From positions 22,260,001 through 22,324,000 of the forward strand of contig CM052818.1 of NCBI GenBank assembly GCA_028534125.1: a stretch of 64,000 nt of DNA, in the 5' to 3' direction. Made by a program: the position numbers and the translations under genes. Below are positions 36,126 through 43,805 of this stretch, one piece after another (the first letter of the stretch is position 1; each line of letters starts with the position of its first letter). The notes under the pieces were generated by a model. The model worked only from the letters and a program-made list of their open reading frames with translations, ran no database searches and was not told the DNA's origin. Source of the stretch: Lama glama (Eukaryota).

Positions 36126-39100
36126 TGACTTATTTGATGCCTACACTGTTTACTGTTGTTTTCTTGGTGGCAGTAACAAGCAGATTTTCATTTAAGATGC
36201 TAGAGAACATTTATCCATTTCATTGATTTAATCTAGAAACTTTTAAGGGTTCTCTGCTTTTCTACATCCAGCCCTCACCCTCTTCCCCACGTAGCCAGCA
36301 GGTGTCGCTCTTGCTTACATTTTGCTGCTGGTCCTGTTTTTCATTGGCTTGCCACCTTTAATTTATAATTTCAGAGTGAGTGTTACCCCAAGTCAGTCAT
36401 CTTGAAATTCATAGCTTGGATAGTTCATAGCCTCATCCATGTTCATTTTCATCCTAGTTATCTGAAGAAGCCATTTCAGTAATAGTATATAAATTTGGTC
36501 CAGCTTTTAGGGTCTGTGATAATTTTTAAATACTTCTCAGGTGAGCAATCAGAATTTTATTGATGTTTGAGGGTCTGCAGGAGTATTTTAGAGGAGAGAG
36601 AGTTCGCTATGATCATTTCCAACTGCAGAAAGGCTTATATTTCAAATAGAATTTGTTCTTTGGAAGAAAACTACCCAATACTAAAAACAGAGACTACTGG
36701 TGGTCTAGAGAAAAGAGCTGTGTAGGAAGAGGCAGGGAAAGAAGTTAATTTAGTGTCCAACGTTTTGTCGGAAAGAGAACAGGAAATTCCCTGGGTGGTT
36801 TTGCACTATTCAGCTCAAAATGTGTTTTTTGTGATCCTGAATTAATTACCTGGTTAGGCATCTCTGTAGCCCACACTTGATGGAAAGTAGCCAACCTAAC
36901 ATTTCTTTTTGTTCTGAGAAGACCTGGCTGGTGAGAAGTCAGGGAATTGTTGGCATAACGTGGTGATAACCATGGTAGAATAATTATGAAACTGGCCCCA
37001 GCAAAGCCCAGCTCATTGGAAAAGGCCAGCATTCCATTTTCTCTCTCCATTTAAAATGAAATAAAAGCAGTTACATAATAATAAAAATATTTTCTACCAG
37101 CAGGCACTCTGTACCAAAGCATGTACCATAGCATGTTTACATGTTAGCCTCCAAAGTCCTTCTACCAAGCCTGCAATGTGGGTGTTCTCATAGCTGTTGA
37201 CTGGGAATTACCCCAGATTTGGAGTTTGGCTGCCTGTAGCCAGCCTGGGAGGACAGAAGAGACAGATGTTTCCACTGGTTTTGTATCTGAAATCTTGTTA
37301 CTGGACTCCAATAGCAGTGGCGAGGGAAATGGCTCTTTCACACTTTCCTAATGTATTCCCAGGAGAAACTTAGAATACCCCACTGTCAGGGCCACCCTCA
37401 AACTCTTGTGTTTGGGTTCATTTCAACAAAGAACAAAACAGAGGCAGGGTTCTTGGGTATTCTAGGCTACAAGTGTTAGCCCCAGTTGCCCAGCCTTGTC
37501 TAGGGGCCAGTGTAGGCTGGGTGGTAAGAATGAAGCAGTCACCTCTTGTGAGGTCACTGACCTTGGCTCCCAGCTCCAGGGTCCAAGATTTGGTGCCCCT
37601 TCAGCTCTGCATTCATGGTTCTGTGGACCTCCACCCATCTAGCCATACCCCAGAGGCCTGGCTTTCTCCATTTTTACGCTTATTTGTTTTAATAAATAAG
37701 GTGGATTATAGTTGTTTGTCTTTTCAACACCTTAACAAATAACTCATCTGAGCCTTGACAAAGGTGAGAGATAAGTAAAGCAAGAATTAGCTTAGTTTTT
37801 ACAAGGAAACCCAGGTGCCAAAGTGATTGTGACTTGCCTAAAATGACATGGCTTATAAGGGACAGGGCATGAACTCCAGCCCTGTTTCTGATCCTAAAGT
37901 CCCTGCAGCCCTTCCCAACTCTAGCTCTCTGGGTGGGTGTGCGGAGAGTACAGCAGTGGATTCTGCAATGCAAGCTGAACTGTAAGGAGTCGGCTTCCTG
38001 AGTGACAGGCCTGGTTCATTCCCATTCCCAGGTTAACTGAGAGCGGGAATGAGCGCAGCCGAATGGAAGTGAGCACAAAGAAACACGGCCAGCAGTAAGA
38101 TCAACTTTGTAAGGGGGTGTAGATCGTGGTTGCTGCTTTCGCTGTCAGGTACTAGACCTTCCAACTTAGGCCTGATTACAGCCTAGGCTGCCAGGTGTGC
38201 AGAATCATGGGCCCGGCTCCAGCTTTTTGGCAGTGTATGTGTAGACGCGGGGTGAGAAGTATCCTGGACCAGACTCCAGATCTGCCCGGGTGGGGCTGAC
38301 AGCGGCTTTAGCCTCACTGGGCGCTAGCAGAGTGAGGTGTCTGCCCCATACCCGGAGGGCGCCCGCTGGCAAAGAACATTTCCCAAAACGGGCTTTGGGG
38401 TGTGGGACTGGCGAGAGAAGAAAACCGGGGCGAGCCCACCAGGCGCATCCTCGGTGCCCAGCCCTGCCTGGCTGCTGTTCGGCCTCAGCCGGAGCCCGCA
38501 GCCCACAACGAGGCGAGGCTTGCCGCCCGCAACAACCGGGGAAGGAAGGGGCTAGGAGGGCGTGCCAGGCTAAGGCTGCGGCTGGCGGGGAGCCTTGGCT
38601 GGCAGCTGTACCACAACCCCCGGGAAGGCTGGGTAGGGCCGGACCGACCAGCAGACGGACAAGGCGGCGGGAAGCGGCCTCCATGCCTGCGCGGCTCTCC
38701 CAGCCTTTCCTCCCATCCACCCAGCCGGCTCCCCCGCCCGGGACGCCCCGCGCCACTCTGTGCCTTTGGCCCTGGCTCAAGGTCTTGTGATGTGATTAGC
38801 AAAGCCAGCGCCTTGTCCTCAGACACTCAGCCCTGCCCGGCAGGCCTCGGCGCTCAAGCCCTGTTTACTGCAGCCTGGGCGGGAAGAGGGGCGGAGAAAC
38901 GGGCCCAGGCTCCTCCGGGCGAGACTGCCGGGGCAGTCGCCCTCGTGGCCGCTCTCGCCCCCACCCCCACCGCGTCTCCACGTGCAGTCGGGTTAGGGAC
39001 ACCACCCATCAGACTCAGGCCCAGAACCCCCGTACCCCACGGCCGGGGCACCTTTGCAAACCAGCCGGGCCAAGCGGACGGTTGCAATATTCTTGCATTT

Positions 39101-39219
39101 TGCAATTCCCGCGCCCAGTATAAAACCGAGGGTGGGAGATAAAAGCTCCGCAATTTCGCCTAGCAGGATCGGGCGGGGAAAGACACGTCCAGGACTGCAG
39201 AACCCTGCCACGTTAAATG

Positions 39220-39560
39220 TGCTGGGGATTTCCAATAGAGCAGCCCCTGAGGTGGGGAGCGGTATCTTCCCGCCGCCACCCAGCAGCACCCATCTGGGCC
39301 GAGTTCTCCACGCCGCCCCGGACTCCCAGGCGGCCGGCCCCGCCCCGAGGCCTCTCCGCCCCCTCCCCCCGAGGAAAAAAAATTGGCGGCGGCCAATGGG
39401 AGGCTAGAAAGGCGCCTGACGTCCGCGAGTCGGCGGGCGGCGTTGCCTGGAGACCCCGGCAGGGTCAGCGTTCTGTCCCCTCCCCCGGCACGCCCGCCCA
39501 GCCACTGCCGCGCTTCGGGGCATATATAGGGCGCGCGCTCGTTGGCCGCTGAGTTCCAGC
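39220..39560 (+). promoter_or_regulatory. ZFP36L2: ZFP36L2 proximal promoter
   Basis: NF-kB consensus GGGGATTTCC (39224-39233), GC boxes (ccccgcccc ~39338), inverted CCAAT pair (39382-39397), CRE-like TGACGTC (39417-39423) and TATATA (39523-39528). Implies a TSS near 39550-39560. Confidence 0.75.
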
Positions 39561-39846
39561 AGTCCGCGAGCTGCCGTCGGCTCCGCGCGGGGGGGCGGGC
39601 CGGGCACCCCGGGGCGCGGAGGAGCGCTCTAGCTTCTTTCTTTTCCCCCCACTCCGCACTCCCGGGCATCCTCAAACCAGTCCACGCTGCTGTCCCCTCT
39701 CCCTCTTTTCTCGCCCCCCAGCGAACTTTCGGTCCCTCTCCCGCCCCTCGCCCGTTATTCGTCGTGGCTCGAGCCCGGCCGCGCCGCCCCAAGGGCTCCT
39801 CCGGACCTCCCAGCCTGCAGCTCTAACCATTACAAGATCCAGAAAC

Positions 39847-39897
39847 ATGTCGACCACACTTCTGTCCGCCTTCTACGATATCGACTTCTTGTGCAAG
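39847..39897 (+). CDS. ZFP36L2: ZFP36L2 coding exon 1 (MSTTLLSAFYDIDFLCK)
   Basis: ATG at 39847 with A at -3, 17 codons, donor AAG|gtacgc at 39898. The peptide matches the TIS11D/ZFP36L2 N-terminus. Too short to appear in the ORF track. Confidence 0.97.
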
Positions 39898-40425
39898 GTA
39901 CGCGGGGGACCAGGGAGGGAGGAGAGTGGGCAAGCAGGAAGCCCAAGTTTTCAGATTTGGCCTTAGGTCCTCGACTTTGGCGGGGTCCTCTCCCCACCTT
40001 GACTTTTTGGGCAAGGGAAAAACCCCGGAGTTAGCAATGTGTGCTCGTGCCTTGTGGGCGGGGAGAAGGAGAAGGGAGCAGAAGGGAGTCGCTGTAGCTG
40101 TTTAGTTTCTCCGCAGCCGACCACAGCCACGCTGCCCGGGGCTTCCCGGACTGGGCTTGCGCCGCCCAGGCCGGCGGCCCTCGGCTGAAGATCACATGTC
40201 GCAACCCAGCGCGGCCCAGAGAGGCGTAGGGTGGGAGAGTCGGGCTCCTCCCAGCGAGAACTTGATTCTTGAGCGCGTGTAAGGGTGGAGGTTGGGGACT
40301 GAGTGGAAATCTGAAAAAAGGAAGAAAGAATTGGAGACCTGGAAGTTGTTACTCTGCAACTCGCCCGAACTCTTCCCTCCGTTTTCCATTTTTCATCCCT
40401 TCCCCGCTCCCCCCCTTTTTGGCAG
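39898..40425 (+). other. ZFP36L2: ZFP36L2 single intron (528 nt, phase 0, GT-AG)
   Basis: Starts gtacgc and ends with a polypyrimidine tract tccccgctcccccccttttt followed by ggcag at 40425. Confidence 0.95.
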
Positions 40426-41859
40426 ACGGAGAAATCACTGGCCAACCTCAATCTGAACAACATGCTGGACAAGAAGGCTGTGGGGACGCCCGTGGCCGCT
40501 GCCCCCAGCTCGGGCTTCACGCCGGGCTTCCTCCGACGGCACTCGGCCAGCAACCTGCACGCGCTCGCCCACCCCGCGCCTAGCCCCGGCAGCTGCTCGC
40601 CCAAGTTCCCGGGTGCGGCTAACGGCAGCAGCTGCGGCAGCGCGGCGACAGGCGGCCCGACCTCCTACGGCACCCTTAAGGAGCCGTCGGGGGGCGGTGG
40701 CACGTCCTTACTGAACAAGGAAAACAAATTCCGGGACCGCTCGTTCAGCGAGAACGGCGAGCGCAGCCAGCACCTCCTGCACCTGCAGCAGCAGAAGGGG
40801 GGCGGCGGCTCCCAGATCAACTCAACGCGCTACAAAACTGAGCTGTGCCGGCCCTTTGAGGAGAGCGGCACGTGCAAGTACGGCGAGAAATGCCAGTTCG
40901 CGCACGGCTTCCACGAGCTGCGCAGTCTGACGCGGCACCCGAAGTACAAGACCGAGCTGTGCCGCACCTTCCACACCATCGGCTTCTGCCCCTACGGGCC
41001 GCGCTGCCACTTCATCCACAACGCCGATGAGCGGCGGCCTGCACCGTCTGGGGGCGCCTCCGGGGACCTGCGCGCCTTCAGCGCCCGCGACGCGCTGCAC
41101 CTGGGCTTCCCGCGGGAGCCGAGGCCCAAGCTGCATCACAGCCTTAGCTTCTCGGGCTTCCCGTCGGGCCACCACCAGCCTCCCGGGGGCCTGGAGTCGC
41201 CCCTGCTGCTCGACAGCCCCACGTCTCGCACGCCGCCGCCGCCCTCCTGCTCCTCGGCCTCCTCCTGTTCCTCGTCCGCTTCGTCCTGCTCGTCGGCCTC
41301 GGCGGCCTCCACGCCCTCGGGCGCCCCGACGTGCTGTGCCTCTGCGGCGGCAGCGGCTGCAGCCGCCTTACTCTACGGCACCGGGGGCGCCGAGGACCTG
41401 CTCGCGCCCGGCGCGCCCTGCGCCACCTGCTCGTCGGCCTCCTGCGCCAATAATGCCTTCGCCTTCGGCCCGGAGCTGAGCAGCCTCATCACGCCGCTCG
41501 CCATCCAGACCCACAACTTCGCTGCTGTGGCCGCCGCCGCCTACTATCGCAGCCAGCAGCAGCAGCAGCAGCAGCAGGGCCTGGTGCCCCCTGCGCAGCC
41601 CCCGGCGCCGCCCAGCACGCCCCTCCCTGTCAGCGCCACCGCGCCACCCTCGCCGCCCTTCAGCTTCCAGCTGCCGCGCCGCTTGTCCGAGTCGCCGGTG
41701 TTCGATGCGCCTCCCAGTCCCCCGGACTCGCTGTCGGACCGCGACAGCTACTTGAGCGGCTCCCTGAGCTCGGGCAGCCTCAGCGGCTCCGAGTCCCCCA
41801 GCCTTGACCCCAGCCGCCGCCTGCCCATCTTCAGCCGCCTTTCCATCTCCGACGATTGA
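40426..41859 (+). CDS. ZFP36L2: ZFP36L2 (TIS11D/BRF2) coding exon 2; mRNA decay activator, 494 aa in total
   Basis: [12 protein letters not shown] followed by the 465-aa ORF 40462-41859. Contains RRHS and RDRSFSE phospho-motifs, tandem CX8CX5CX3H fingers led by RYKTEL/KYKTEL (~40828-41019) and the C-terminal CNOT1-binding motif [13 protein letters not shown]. Confidence 0.99.
   Translation, partial: TEKSLANLNLNNMLDKKAVGTPVAAAPSSGFTPGFLRRHSASNLHALAHPAPSPGSCSPKFPGAANGSSCGSAATGGPTSYGTLKEPSGGGGTSLLNKENKFRDRSFSENGERSQHLLHLQQQKGGGGSQINSTRYKTELCRPFEESGTCKYGEKCQFAHGFHELRSLTRHPKYKTELCRTFHTIGFCPYGPRCHFIHNADERRPAPSGGASGDLRAFSARDALHLGFPREPRPKLHHSLSFSGFPSGHHQPPGGLESPLLLDSPTSRTPPPPSCSSASSCSSSASSCSSASAASTPSGAPTCCASAAAAAAAALLYGTGGAEDLLAPGAPCATCSSASCANNAFAFGPELSSLITPLAIQTHNFAAVAAAAYYRSQQQQQQQQGLVPPAQPPAPPSTPLPVSATAPPSPPFSFQLPRRLSESPVFDAPPSPPDSLSDRDSYLSGSLSSGSLSGSESPSLDPSRRLPIFSRLSISDD
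41554..41577 (+). repeat. ZFP36L2: (CAG)8 coding polyglutamine tract in ZFP36L2
   Basis: Eight uninterrupted CAG codons (YYRS-Q8-GL). Confidence 0.95.
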
Positions 41860-43805
41860 GGCAAGAGGGCGCCAGTGAGGAGAAAAGGAAAGCCGTTCAG
41901 GGGTGTTGGAGGGCTCCCCCGCCGTTATCGCCCCTGCTAGGGGCTAAGGGGCACGGGACTGTGAGGGGTGACAGGCCACGAGCAGACTGCAGGCCGTACC
42001 GAGCACTTGGACTCGAACTTGTGTGCTGGGAGGGGCCCCCACCCCTCCCCTTTCGGTTTCCTCTTGTTTTTTTTTTATTATTATTATTTTTATTATTATT
42101 ACGAAGTTTCATTCATGTTGAGCAAAAAAAAGCAGCCAGCGAACTTTTTGCGTTGATGAACAAAATATTCACAACAGGGCAGTTGTGATGCGAATAGAAC
42201 AAAAACCAAACACTTAAAACTTTTTAAAGTCTCCGATGAGTTTGAGACTTTAGGAAAAATCAACCCAGCACCAGCAGCTACCAACCACCATTCCATATCT
42301 TCACTTGAAAAGCATTAGTTACAGTCCAGATGTGGGGACTCTTATCGTGAGAGAAGTTCCTAATTGTTTGCCTCAGACCAGTGTAAACAAACCAGCCAGC
42401 CACCACTTTGCTAAACCTATAAGCTTTTAGAACCCAGTATTGTGCCGAGAATATGCCTTAATAGTAGCCCTCAGCTCTATAGGTGTTTTGTTTTTTTAGC
42501 AAAATTATATATGGTTTAGGAAAAAAAAACTTGCATTCCAAAGTTTCATACAGGTTACTGGTTTCATTGTCACCACATAGTGGATGTTTAATTTAGAACC
42601 ATTTTGTCTGCTCTTTCTGGAAGCCTTGGGCAGAGATTAGTTTGTAATTGTTGGGGAATAACTGCTGAATTTTTAGCTGTTTTGAGTTGATTCGCACCAC
42701 TGCACCACAACTCAATATGAAAAAACTATTTAACTTATTTATTATCTTGTGAAAAGTATACATTGAAAATTTTGTTCATACTGTATTTATCAAGTATGAT
42801 GAAAAGCAATAGATATATATTCTTTTATTATGTTAAATTATGATTGCCATTATTAATCGGCAAAATGGAGTGTATGTTCTTTTCACAGTAATATATGCCT
42901 TTTGTAACTTCACTTCGTTATTTTATTGTAAATGAGTAAAAAAATCTTAATTTAAGAGATTGTATGTAATATTTATTTCATTAATTTCTTTCCTTGTTTA
43001 CGTAAATTTTGAAAGATTGCATGATTTCTTTACAGAAATCTATCTTGATGCTGTGGAAGTAGTTTGAGGAATATCTTACGAGTTTTAGAATGTATAATGG
43101 TTGTAGCCCATCCAACTTTAAAGAAAAAAAGTGACCACATACTTTGTGATCAGGCTTAAATGTGGCATACTTTTCTCATTCCAACTTTATAAATTAGCAA
43201 AAAAGTTTTTTGCTTGCTTATTCCACCAGTTCTACTGTGACATAACTGCGTATAAAGACATGTAGCAATAATTGGGGGGGAGGGGGGTTAGTCTTACAGT
43301 GCCTTTGGAAGGGCCAGAACTTGCCTTAAATCTTCCTCAACCAAATAAGTATTTTCATCTATTAGTGCTTGAGAGAATTTGAATGTAGGATGGGTTCAAC
43401 TGCACAAAAGGAAAAGATTTTTACCACTTTTTTTTATATAGATATAAAGTGAAGAGGCCACCTCTTAGTGCTAAAATGGTATGTAGTACATGAATATGCC
43501 TTGTTTAATTACAAAAAATTCCAAAACTTGTACTATTTTTTTTTCCTTGTAGAAAAGCAGGAATGCTTTCCTGGACAGCGGATGAATGAGCAGTAGTTGT
43601 AGTTTGTACGTAGGTACAGTTGGAGCACTATGTTATGTATGTACTCTGGACTACTTTGACAGAAGTAGGTATTTGAATGTAACAAGATAAGTCATCTTGA
43701 GTTGTAATATATTTTGGGGAATCAGTTCACTACAGATTGTGACTGTAAACATTGTACTGTAAATGTTTTGTAGTTTTCCCCCAATAAAATTTTTGGGAAA
43801 GGTAT
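41860..43805 (+). other. ZFP36L2: ZFP36L2 3'UTR, AU-rich
   Basis: Repeat-free AU-rich sequence between the TGA and AATAAA, containing AREs TTATTTATT (42735-42743) and TATTTAT (42784-42790, 42970-42976). Confidence 0.85.
43783..43788 (+). terminator. ZFP36L2: ZFP36L2 polyadenylation signal AATAAA
   Basis: Canonical hexamer with several upstream TGTA elements and downstream GT/T-rich sequence (tgtggt...cttttttt). Confidence 0.85.

Larger units (their letters stand above)
38200..41900. promoter_or_regulatory. CpG island spanning the ZFP36L2 promoter, exon 1, intron and coding exon 2
   Basis: Very high GC and CpG density relative to the CpG-depleted flanks; boundaries approximate. Confidence 0.9.

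Noticed and set aside
39520..39530. GCATATATAGG as an SRF CArG box
   Set aside because: Lacks the CC required by CC(A/T)6GG; better explained as the TATA box.
38205..40604. Long overlapping ORFs in the CpG island (38402-39142 +, 38205-38780 -, 39160-39792 -, 39963-40604 -)
   Set aside because: Rich in Arg/Pro/Gly/Ala, present in many frames at once and without a recognisable domain. Expected from stop-codon scarcity at very high GC.
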